The notes under the pieces are model-generated. The model saw nothing but the letters and a program-made list of their open reading frames with translations, did not search any database and had not been told where the DNA came from. A DNA stretch of 24,000 nucleotides from NCBI GenBank assembly GCA_934772045.1, contig CAKVMH010000001.1:283646-307645 (forward strand). Direction: 5' to 3'. Below are positions 1 to 6,895 of this stretch, one piece after another (within the stretch, counting starts at the first letter, position 1; the number at the start of each line of letters is the position of its first letter). Position numbers and translations under genes: made by a program. The stretch comes from an uncultured Clostridia bacterium (GTDB lineage: Bacteria; Bacillota; Clostridia; Christensenellales; UBA1242).

Positions 1-173
1 TCATTAAGTGCATCGGCTGGAGATTCTGTAGGTGTAGCGGTTAATAATAATTTAATTTCATGTTCAAAACGCCCAATAACTGCTAGCACAAACACAAGTG
101 GCACAATTGTTAAAGTATTAAACAAAAATGATATTGTTAGTTTATTGCCCACTTTAAGCCAATCTCGCACCAT
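1..173 (-). CDS. Partial CDS (5' end only, continues past window start): N-terminal membrane-anchor segment of an unidentified protein
   Basis: Minus-strand frame is open from ATG (173-171) to the window edge: MVRDWLKVGNKLTISFLFNTLTIVPLVFVLAVIGRFEHEIKLLLTATPTESPADALN. This is a basic N-terminus followed by a ~23-aa hydrophobic helix. No clear SD or promoter. The + strand frame 1 is also open (1-228), so strand choice is uncertain. I favour minus because the + frame product has no Glu and is S/T/A-rich like an antisense shadow. Confidence 0.35.
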   Translation of the reverse strand, partial: MVRDWLKVGNKLTISFLFNTLTIVPLVFVLAVIGRFEHEIKLLLTATPTESPADALN

Positions 174-315
174 AACCGCATCAGGCGCACCAAGTGCTAT
201 GCTTACAATAGTTTTGATTGCTAATTAAATACGGACTTACCTGTTTCGCTATATGATAGTTTTTGAAGATTAAAAAAATATATATTTTAATCCGTTTAAA
301 ACAGTTTATTGTAAC

Positions 316-346
316 ACAAAAAAATCCACATTGAAAAATGTGGATT
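316..346 (-). terminator. Intrinsic terminator downstream of the GT2 gene
   Basis: Perfect 10-bp stem AATCCACATT (323-332) / AATGTGGATT (337-346) with a GAAA loop. On the minus strand it is followed directly by a U-run (A-run 318-322 on +). Confidence 0.75.
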
Positions 347-382
347 CTTGCTTTTTCTTAATTAAAAGCATCAGTTTTTAAT

Positions 383-1750
383 TTATACTTCACTGTTTTC
401 AACAGTGCTTTGTTTTGTTTCGGTTGAAGCTTCACTCGTTTCGTGAGCAACTTCTTCTTCCATATTATTAAGTTTTTCAAAGTTTGTTGTATCAGTGTGT
501 GGGATAACTTTCCAACCGCAATTCTTTTGGAATAATGCGACAATATCAATAGGGAATTGAATTAAGATGAAAAGTGGCCAAATAAAGCACATTAAAATCT
601 TTTTCCACCATGGGACATCTTTAATACGTTTCCTTTCAGCAATGAAGATGATAACAGCATTAACAAAACAACTTATGTAGAACATTAGCATTGACCAACC
701 CATAATTCGTAGCCAATGTAACAGTGCAGAATTAAATGCAACGCCGGCCAACGGTGCGAACATGTAGCAAATGAATTGAGCAAGACCGATACCAAAAGTA
801 ACCAAACAAATAGGTGTACAATTTATGAAGATGTCATATAGTGAAACTTTATTGCGGTGACTGTATTTTGGTGAAAAGAAACTTTTAATTAAGTCTTTAA
901 ATCTTGTTGCCAAAACAAGCAAATGTCCGCGTGACCACCTAACCCTTTGGCGCCACATAATTTTAAATGTGGTTGGTTGTTCATCGTAAAACACTGCATC
1001 GTCACAGAATTGAATTTTTGTGTTATTGATAACTTGGTCTGCGGTAAATTCCCAGTCTTCAGTCAAAGTGACATAAGGCCAACCATTTTCAACAATTTTT
1101 GAGTTAACAACATAACCACAACCTTGTACACGTGTTGAACAACCTAATGCTGTACGTCCACGGCTTTCCAAACGGCAACCAGACATAAAGTACAAGCCGT
1201 ACATACCAGAAATCATATTCGTGCCAAAGTTTTTAGAATTCCTGAAAGATGTTATAACACTTTGCCCACCAGTTGCGTCAAAGGCGTCATTCATTTTTTC
1301 AAAATAATCTGCACTTAAAATGTTGTCTGCATTGAAAAGAAAGAACCCATCGTAGTTTTGAACGCCATAATCTTTGCGGATTTGGTCAAATAAATATCTA
1401 AATGCGTAACCCATTGTACGTTCGTCAGGGTTGTTATATTCATATACAGTTGCACCGAGCTCCCTTGCAATTTGTGCGGTTTTATCAGTACAATTGTGTG
1501 CGATTACAAAGACGTGCAACTTATCTTGTGGATATTTATTTTTATAAACACTTTTAATTAAATTACCAACAACGGCCTCTTCATTTCTTGCTGGAATGAT
1601 AATGCCATATTTGTGTTGAACCTTTGCTTTAGGAAATTTCTTCTTAGCAAATAAGCCTACAATTGCAAAAAATGCAAAATGAATTGTAAATAGTGCGACT
1701 AATGAATAGATGACACCGAAAATAATGTCGATAATGCTAACATAATTCAT
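383..1750 (-). CDS. Membrane-integrated family-2 glycosyltransferase, processive type (PgaC/IcaA/cellulose-synthase-like topology)
   Basis: Part of ORF 383..1861. GT2 signatures IIIPARNEE, FNADN (DxD-like), LTEDWEF and QRVRWSRG (QxxRW), with an N-terminal TM and several C-terminal TM helices. Start moved to ATG at 1750 (MNYVSIIDI...) because AGAGAGG sits 6 nt upstream. The longer ORF start would overlap the upstream gene by 50 nt. Confidence 0.85.
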   Translation of the reverse strand: MNYVSIIDIIFGVIYSLVALFTIHFAFFAIVGLFAKKKFPKAKVQHKYGIIIPARNEEAVVGNLIKSVYKNKYPQDKLHVFVIAHNCTDKTAQIARELGATVYEYNNPDERTMGYAFRYLFDQIRKDYGVQNYDGFFLFNADNILSADYFEKMNDAFDATGGQSVITSFRNSKNFGTNMISGMYGLYFMSGCRLESRGRTALGCSTRVQGCGYVVNSKIVENGWPYVTLTEDWEFTADQVINNTKIQFCDDAVFYDEQPTTFKIMWRQRVRWSRGHLLVLATRFKDLIKSFFSPKYSHRNKVSLYDIFINCTPICLVTFGIGLAQFICYMFAPLAGVAFNSALLHWLRIMGWSMLMFYISCFVNAVIIFIAERKRIKDVPWWKKILMCFIWPLFILIQFPIDIVALFQKNCGWKVIPHTDTTNFEKLNNMEEEVAHETSEASTETKQSTVENSEV

Positions 1751-1811
1751 ATATAACCTCTCTAGCGGAAACAATAATACCACACTTTCAATAAAAAGAA
1801 AAGGGGTTTTT

Positions 1812-2897
1812 TCAATTTTGTAAAAAATTGTGTATAACTTTGGCGATAACTTCGCTTCCATTGTTATATTTTGTTGTCACAGCGTTGTTTAAATAGTTCT
1901 GTAAATTGTCGCTTTCAATCATATTCTTTAACTCTGCATACAACTTTTTTGGGTTTTCGCATTTTATGCCATAACCATTTTCGGTTATGTACCTATAATT
2001 CTGCGCTTCTTGCCCTGGAATGTGCCCAGTAACCACAACCGCGGTGCCACTTCTTGTGCCTTCAAGCAACATGTTTGGGCCAGCTTTTGTTAAAAGTATG
2101 TGCGCTGAGCTTAAAAGTTCATTCATATTGGTGACAAAACCCAAAACCTCAACATTTTTTAAATTGCCTTTTTCTTGTTCAGTTTTGAGGGTGTTAAATA
2201 ATTTTTCATCTCTACCACAAACGAACTTGATATTTACATTGCTTAACTTTGAAGCTTCGCTAGCAAACCTTAAATTCTTTTTTAAATTGATTGATGGGTT
2301 TACCATTAAAATGTTAATCGTGCCATTGACATGTTTTGGTGTGGTTAAAATGTGGATATCCTCCCTAATTGGGAAACCTGATATTACCAATTGCTCCTTT
2401 TTAAAACCGAGTTTTAGATATTGGTCGTAAACTTGCTCGGTAGGCACAAAACTTACAACAGCACGTTTATCGCGCCAAACCTTAGGTGGATTGATCAAAT
2501 CAATGACGGCAATCATAAATGGAATATTTAACTTGTTCTTTTTAAGCAATTTAGAAACCGCTTTTGTAAACATGCAATGGTCAGATATAATTAAATCTGG
2601 TGCATATTCTAAAATTTGTTTTAACATTTCATTTTTGCAATGATTGTAAATAAATTGGTGCATAATGTTTGGAAAATGTTGTGTAAAAGAATGGCTAATT
2701 TTCCAAATGACTGGGTGGTTAGTGGTTAAAGGAACATAACAGTTTTCCATTTTTTCACCCATTTTACCCATTGTTTTGAAACAATCTAATTGTTTGGTTT
2801 CATAGCCCATTTCGCGTAATTTATTTTCAATCGCATTAGCGCCTGATTTATGTCCGGTGCCAGTGCGTTCGGACATTAAAATTAAAACTTTTTTCAT
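1812..2897 (-). CDS. Diacylglycerol glycosyltransferase, MGDG-synthase/UgtP-like (GT28 family)
   Basis: 361 aa. N-terminus KKVLILMSERTGTGHKSGANAI matches the MGDG-synthase N-domain pattern (GxGH). C-terminus GFVTNMNELLSSAHILLTKAGPNMLLEG...IPGQEAQN matches the GT28 C-domain as in B. subtilis UgtP. SD AGGGTGGA lies upstream of the ATG. Likely co-transcribed with the GT2 gene. Confidence 0.8.
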   Translation of the reverse strand: MKKVLILMSERTGTGHKSGANAIENKLREMGYETKQLDCFKTMGKMGEKMENCYVPLTTNHPVIWKISHSFTQHFPNIMHQFIYNHCKNEMLKQILEYAPDLIISDHCMFTKAVSKLLKKNKLNIPFMIAVIDLINPPKVWRDKRAVVSFVPTEQVYDQYLKLGFKKEQLVISGFPIREDIHILTTPKHVNGTINILMVNPSINLKKNLRFASEASKLSNVNIKFVCGRDEKLFNTLKTEQEKGNLKNVEVLGFVTNMNELLSSAHILLTKAGPNMLLEGTRSGTAVVVTGHIPGQEAQNYRYITENGYGIKCENPKKLYAELKNMIESDNLQNYLNNAVTTKYNNGSEVIAKVIHNFLQN

Positions 2898-2943
2898 TCG
2901 TCCACCCTAAAGCACATTTTATTTGCCAATTCTGTGTGCATAC

Positions 2944-2972
2944 ATTTTAGCACTTAATAAAAAAAAATTCAA
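2944..2972 (-). promoter_or_regulatory. SigA-type promoter for the glycosyltransferase operon
   Basis: On minus strand: TTGAAT (2972-2967), 17-nt spacer, TAAAAT (2949-2944), about 45 nt upstream of the ATG at 2897. Bracketed by a perfect 10-bp inverted repeat (2922-2931 / 2984-2993). Confidence 0.55.
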
Positions 2973-3101
2973 CCAAAATACACAATTGGCAAAAATTGTA
3001 AATTTAAATTGAACTTTTAATGTATTGTTTACAAAAGTTTTGAATTGTAAGGTGGGTTAATTTAGGGTATCACCACAAACAAAATCTAGCTAATATCTTT
3101 T

Positions 3102-3782
3102 TTAATTTTTATAATGTATTTTAACTTGGTCACCTTCAATGTGCTCTGCTAAGATGACGTTTTTAAGGTCGTGCTTGCTTTTAATTTCACAGCAATTAAA
3201 AAGCCAGGCAGTGTCCTTATTTAAAACAGCCAGCGCACTTTTGTTGACATTTCCGTCAATGATAAGGTAAATGGCAGGCTCGGTTTTAGGTTCGAACTCA
3301 GTTTTAATGTCTTCCAAAATTGTTTGGCGGTAACGATCTTTTGGTAACACACTTATATCGCCGTTGTTTTCTAAATAAACATACGAAATTTCTTCCAAAT
3401 CAAAATAACTTTTTGCACGGCACAAACCTAAAAGGTCGTTTACATCTAATTTGGACTTTTTTAAATTAGCATAATTAATTTTGCCGTTTGTAACCAATTC
3501 AATTTGTTTACCTTTAAGCAATCTTTTAAAAGGAATTTTTCGCTCTAAAAAATTGATAAGCAAGGTTAAAAACAAAAAAACAACCATGCCAATAATGTAG
3601 TGATACCACGGATTTTCATAGTCAGTGCACCATTGTCCTGCGATGTTGCCAATGGTTATGCCCACAACATAATCCACAACCGTTAACTGCGCAACTTGTT
3701 TTTTGCCAAGCATTTTTGCGATGATAAATATTGAAATGTATGAAAATACAGAATAAACCACAATGGTTAACCAATTAGGCAT
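3102..3782 (-). CDS. DUF421 (YetF/YdfS-like) membrane protein
   Basis: 226 aa. Three N-terminal TM helices with QLTVVDYVVGITIGNIAG, then a soluble C-terminal domain, typical of the Bacillota YetF family. Strong SD AGGAGG upstream. Confidence 0.75.
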   Translation of the reverse strand: MPNWLTIVVYSVFSYISIFIIAKMLGKKQVAQLTVVDYVVGITIGNIAGQWCTDYENPWYHYIIGMVVFLFLTLLINFLERKIPFKRLLKGKQIELVTNGKINYANLKKSKLDVNDLLGLCRAKSYFDLEEISYVYLENNGDISVLPKDRYRQTILEDIKTEFEPKTEPAIYLIIDGNVNKSALAVLNKDTAWLFNCCEIKSKHDLKNVILAEHIEGDQVKIHYKN

Positions 3783-3970
3783 GCTTACCTCCTAAGCATA
3801 GTGTGGTTAAAACGTGGAAAATAATTTATTGTTAGCCGAACATTTTTTAATTTAAAAGGAGTTTACACGATGCATTAATTTAAATATGTAATGTAAGTTT
3901 AAAAATTGTGGATTAGCAAGAGATACCAACATGTCTGTTAAAAAGGTTTTTAATTTGCAATTTTTATATT

Positions 3971-3995
3971 AAAAAAGCAACTTAATAAGTTGCTT
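3971..3995 (-). terminator. Intrinsic terminator after the kinase gene
   Basis: Stem AAGCAACTT (3975-3983) / AAGTTGCTT (3987-3995), 3-nt loop. A-run 3971-3976 on + gives the U-run on the minus strand. Confidence 0.65.
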
Positions 3996-4043
3996 AAAAT
4001 TAATTTCAGTTATTTTAAAGAAAGAGATTTAATGTTATACTTC

Positions 4044-4595
4044 TTAGTTTTTTGGTTTTGTCTTTTTGTGTTTAGCATTTTGTTTAACGCTATAAAGTTG
4101 ACCATTATAATATGTTTCAATAACATCAAAACCTTCATGCAGGGTAGGCAGGTTATTTTTAATGCGTTTAAAATATAGGTCGATTGTTGTTTCTTTATCT
4201 TTGATTTTATGTGAAGCTGAATTGTTTGTTTCACGTTTAAGCATTTGGTTTAAGCAGGTTAATTTGTCCACCAACAAAAGTTTACAAACAATTTCTGCAC
4301 TATGGCGTTTTGCTATCATCAAAAATTTGTGTCTGCGTCTAGTTGGCATATTGGTATAATCAATCACGCAGTTAATGTTGGCGGATAAATTCCTTTCAAG
4401 TTCAGCATACATTTTATTTAAAATTTTATTTCTAATTTTGTGGTCGTATGGCTTTGTGGAAATTTTTTTAAGTGGCAAGGTTTTGTAAATTTCATCGGCA
4501 GAAATAACAATAGTGTTTTTTTCAAGTTTAAGTTTGTTTGCGCATGTTGTTTTGCCGGCACCAACACAACCTATAAGGATAAATACTTTACTCAT
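4044..4595 (-). CDS. Small P-loop kinase (AAA_33 / polynucleotide-kinase-like ATP-binding protein)
   Basis: Walker A GCVGAGKTT six residues after MSKVFILIG, and SADE shortly after, typical of this kinase fold; 183 aa. Start set to ATG 4595 because the longer ORF start (4634) lies upstream of the promoter at 4603-4630. Confidence 0.7.
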   Translation of the reverse strand: MSKVFILIGCVGAGKTTCANKLKLEKNTIVISADEIYKTLPLKKISTKPYDHKIRNKILNKMYAELERNLSANINCVIDYTNMPTRRRHKFLMIAKRHSAEIVCKLLLVDKLTCLNQMLKRETNNSASHKIKDKETTIDLYFKRIKNNLPTLHEGFDVIETYYNGQLYSVKQNAKHKKTKPKN

Positions 4596-4602
4596 ACTTA
4601 AT

Positions 4603-4630
4603 ATTATATGAAAAAAGCACAAAATGTCAA
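4603..4630 (-). promoter_or_regulatory. Consensus SigA promoter, leaderless configuration, for the kinase gene
   Basis: Minus strand: TTGACA (4630-4625), 16-nt spacer, TATAAT (4608-4603), then 7 nt (ATTAAGT) to ATG 4595. No SD. Confidence 0.6.
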
Positions 4631-4650
4631 CCATGACAGATTGTGCTTTT
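4607..4650 (-). terminator. Intrinsic terminator of the upstream hypothetical gene, overlapping the kinase promoter
   Basis: 10-bp stem AAAAGCACAA (4613-4622) / TTGTGCTTTT (4641-4650), 18-nt loop. On the minus strand the stem is followed by a T-run. The loop contains the TTGACA -35 box. Confidence 0.55.
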
Positions 4651-4731
4651 ATATAATTGTCGTAACCAAGCCCCTAAATTGCCAACTAAGGGTGTAAAAA
4701 GTGAAAATTATTAAAACTTCTAAACTAAAAA

Positions 4732-5076
4732 TTAAATAACATCGGTTTGATTTTCAATAATATTTTTTTTGTCCGTTTCAACAAGCATTTGCAAAAGTTC
4801 AGGTGTAAATTTTGTCAAAACTTCCGCCCATGAGATGTTGTGCAATTGACCTTTTTCATCACAAACAACAAAAACAATGTTTTGGTCGCTATAATAAATG
4901 GTTGAAAATTCTGGCAATGCTTCATAAATTGCATTTTCGTTAAATTTTTCGTTGCGTAATTTGCGAATGATATTCCTTCCGTAAGGGGTCAAACGCATAA
5001 GTGCCAATTTACTTCTGTTGGATAATTTAAAATAATCTTGCTTAGGCAGAATGATATTTGAACCTTCAATAGTCAT
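4732..5076 (-). CDS. Hypothetical protein (114 aa), no recognisable motif
   Basis: Part of ORF 4732..5124. Start moved to ATG 5076 (MTIEGSNI...), which has GAGGT 8 nt upstream. The longer start lies inside the promoter at 5096-5124. Confidence 0.6.
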   Translation of the reverse strand: MTIEGSNIILPKQDYFKLSNRSKLALMRLTPYGRNIIRKLRNEKFNENAIYEALPEFSTIYYSDQNIVFVVCDEKGQLHNISWAEVLTKFTPELLQMLVETDKKNIIENQTDVI

Positions 5077-5095
5077 TTTTAACCTCGTTTTCGTG

Positions 5096-5124
5096 AATAT
5101 ACCACGAAAGCGCAAAATTGTCAA
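5096..5124 (-). promoter_or_regulatory. SigA-type promoter for the hypothetical gene
   Basis: Minus strand: TTGACA (5124-5119), 17-nt spacer, TATATT (5101-5096). Confidence 0.6.
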
Positions 5125-5274
5125 TACCCCTATTAAAACGCAACGCTTTAAAAAACGACAGCAAATTGCACAACAGCAAGGTGCAAAACAAAAAATACCA
5201 CCTTTTATCTGTCAATGAAATGGCAAATTAGTTTTTAAATGTGGTATTATAATAAAATTATCAGATTTAAAAGA

Positions 5275-5348
5275 TGGAGCGGGTGATGGGAGTCGAACCC
5301 ACCTTACAGGCTTGGGAAGCCCGCGTACTACCGATGTACTACACCCGC
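5275..5348 (-). tRNA. tRNA-Gly (anticodon CCC), CCA encoded
   Basis: Reverse complement is GCGGGTGTAGTACATCGGTAGTACGCGGGCTTCCCAAGCCTGTAAGGTGGGTTCGACTCCCATCACCCGCTCCA. It folds as a cloverleaf with acceptor GCGGGTG/CACCCGC, anticodon loop TTCCCAA, T-arm GTGGG-TTCGACT-CCCAT and discriminator U. Confidence 0.95.
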
Positions 5349-5440
5349 ACAAAGGTTTACCGACTGCGGATGCACTAACATGCCCGCACAAAAGTTTACT
5401 GACTGCGGATGCACGCCCACCCGCATAATATCTTACCGAC
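5344..5440 (-). repeat. Tandem ~39-nt repeats in the tRNA-Gly 5' leader, each re-using the first bases of the acceptor stem
   Basis: 5344-5375 and 5383-5414 are 32-nt near-identical copies (CCCGCACAAA[G/A]GTTTAC[C/T]GACTGCGGATGCAC). A third partial copy lies at 5416-5440 (CCCACCCGCATAATATCTTACCGAC). Confidence 0.7.
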
Positions 5441-5554
5441 AAAATTGACTTATTTTGCAGTGTTTACATATTAACACACAAAATCGAAATTAGCAAGCAT
5501 AAATGTGCAAGTTAAATGAAAAGCAAAAATTTTTACAAAATATTTAAAAAAACC

Positions 5555-5583
5555 TTGACAATAGAATGTTTTTTAAGTATACT
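5555..5583 (+). promoter_or_regulatory. SigA-type promoter of the tRNA-Met/tRNA-Glu unit
   Basis: TTGACA (5555-5560), 17-nt spacer, TATACT (5578-5583), 11 nt before the tRNA-Met 5' end. Confidence 0.7.
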
Positions 5584-5594
5584 CTCAAGTATCT

Positions 5595-5670
5595 GGCGGT
5601 GTGGCTCAGCGGTTAAAGCAATCGGTTCATACCCGATAGATCGGTAGTTCGATTCTACCCACCGCCACCA
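5595..5670 (+). tRNA. tRNA-Met (anticodon CAU), elongator-like, CCA encoded
   Basis: GGCGGTGTGGCTCAGCGGTTAAAGCAATCGGTTCATACCCGATAGATCGGTAGTTCGATTCTACCCACCGCCACCA. G1-C72 is paired and there is no GGG/CCC anticodon stem, so it is not an initiator. It closely resembles Bacillus elongator Met, though a lysidine-modified Ile2 cannot be strictly excluded. Confidence 0.9.
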
Positions 5671-5956
5671 CACAAAGCAACAGGTTTGTGTCATAGAAGT
5701 GGGTAATTTCCCATAAATGAGGTTTTGAAAAATAAACATAAATCGCGAAGCAACTTGTTTGCAAAACCTTTACATTTAATATTAATTAAATTAGTTTTAA
5801 ATGTACCGATTAATAGGAAACAAAGTAATGAAAAGAAACCACAAGGAAGCGGGTATCCGTTCCGTGGTGTCTTGTCATAAATGTGGGCAATTGCCCATAG
5901 ATGAAGTTTGCGTAAATTTATTTAGCAAACGATAGAGTAGGGCAAATTGCCCACAT

Positions 5957-6031
5957 GGTCCCATGGTCAAGTGGTTAAGACACCGCCCTTTCACGGCGGT
6001 ATCAGGGGTTCGAGTCCCCTTGGGACTACCA
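5957..6031 (+). tRNA. tRNA-Glu (anticodon UUC), CCA encoded
   Basis: GGTCCCATGGTCAAGTGGTTAAGACACCGCCCTTTCACGGCGGTATCAGGGGTTCGAGTCCCCTTGGGACTACCA. Anticodon loop CTTTCAC, with a canonical Glu-type D-arm. Confidence 0.95.
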
Positions 6032-6037
6032 AAAAAA

Positions 6038-6060
6038 GAGGAGCGTTAGCGCTCCTTTTT
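6038..6060 (+). terminator. Intrinsic terminator of the tRNA unit
   Basis: GGAGCG (6040-6045) / CGCTCC (6050-6055), loop TTAG, then TTTTT (6056-6060). Confidence 0.8.
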
Positions 6061-6067
6061 GTATAGA

Positions 6068-6097
6068 AAAATCCACCAGATTATATGGTGGATTTTT
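6068..6097. terminator. Bidirectional hairpin terminator (backs up the tRNA unit and serves the convergent HIT gene)
   Basis: AAAATCCACCA (6068-6078) / TGGTGGATTTT (6087-6097), with A-run and T-run on either side. Confidence 0.65.
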
Positions 6098-6241
6098 TAC
6101 TGCTGTTTTATCTATAAACTTTATTTGTTCAATTTTTTTACAAACAAAAGCGAACTAAATGTTTATTGCAATTAACAACAAATCAAATTTAAGTAAAAAT
6201 TATTTTTGTTACATTATTATTTTGCATCATTATGTTGCATG

Positions 6242-6784
6242 TTAAAAAGATGTCTTCTTTAGTTCCGATTTTAAAGTGTTTGTTATTTCTTTTATCTTTT
6301 TAAAAGTGTCTGGTGTTCGTAAATTCGCTTTTGCGTAATCAAAAACATTCCTAATTTGTTTTGTTGGGTTACCAAAAAGTTCCTTCATCCAGTCGTGCCT
6401 AGGCATAATCCAAACATGTAAATGACTGGTGGGCTTTTCTTCAAAAATAATGTTATAAAATTTGCAAACACCACAAGTTTTTAATATTTTAACTGTTTCA
6501 TTTACAAGTTTAAACATTGCATTTCTTTCATCATCGGTCAGTTCGCAAAGGTTTTCCACATGTCGTTTTGGTGTTACAACATAAAACCCCGTAATAGGCA
6601 ATTCCCAATCTTGCGAAAGTGTAAACATATCATTTTCAAAAGCCATTCCAGCCGGCAAAGAAAATTTGTGGTTCACATAAGCACAACTTAAGCAACCCTC
6701 AAATTCCTTTATTTCATTTCCTGCATAATCAATCACATTCCACCACCCATAACAATGTTTACGACGTGTTAAAACTTCATTCAT
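6242..6784 (-). CDS. HIT-family (histidine-triad-like) nucleotide hydrolase/transferase with a variant triad
   Basis: 180 aa. GCLSC near the N-terminus (CxxC as in HIT proteins), YVVTPKRHVENLCELTDDE (HIT core) and SHLHVWIMPR in place of the canonical HxHxHxx. Confidence 0.75.
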   Translation of the reverse strand: MNEVLTRRKHCYGWWNVIDYAGNEIKEFEGCLSCAYVNHKFSLPAGMAFENDMFTLSQDWELPITGFYVVTPKRHVENLCELTDDERNAMFKLVNETVKILKTCGVCKFYNIIFEEKPTSHLHVWIMPRHDWMKELFGNPTKQIRNVFDYAKANLRTPDTFKKIKEITNTLKSELKKTSF

Positions 6785-6895
6785 TTCCTGCCTGGTTATT
6801 TAAATAAGCAAGTGCCATGCCTAATCATAAAACGCGTTCAACGACATTGAATTAAACCGACATTGAATTAACACCCAAACTAAAAGTAAAACTAA

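Noticed and set aside
1-228. + strand frame 1 is open to TAA at 226-228 (would be the C-terminus of a gene entering from the left)
   Set aside because: The product (…SASAGDSVGVAVNNNLISCSKRPITASTNTSG…IVLIAN) has no Glu and few charged residues, and looks like the antisense shadow of a TM segment. The minus-strand reading gives a textbook N-terminal membrane anchor. This is not fully excluded because the gene continues off-window.
358-549. ORF 358..549 (-) overlapping the 3' end of the GT2 gene
   Set aside because: It is an alternative frame of the GT2 coding region with a K/L-rich, low-complexity product.
2984-3000. Sigma-54-like TGGCA-N5-TTGTA
   Set aside because: The -12 element is GT rather than GC, and it points away from any + strand gene. 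It is better explained as one arm of the inverted repeat.
2020-4359. ORFs 2020..2430 (+), 3990..4178 (+), 4010..4234 (-) and 4162..4359 (+)
   Set aside because: They are antisense or out of frame relative to the UgtP-like and kinase genes, or span the terminator. None has an RBS or motif.
5212-5739. ORFs 5212..5442 (-) and 5533..5739 (-)
   Set aside because: They overlap tRNA-Gly with its leader repeats and tRNA-Met with its promoter respectively, so they are spurious.
6842-6871. Tandem CGACATTGAATTAA x2 (16-bp period) upstream of the HIT gene
   Set aside because: It is real in the sequence, but only two copies exist and they overlap a weak -35 region. This is too little to argue for function, so it is noted as a possible operator only.
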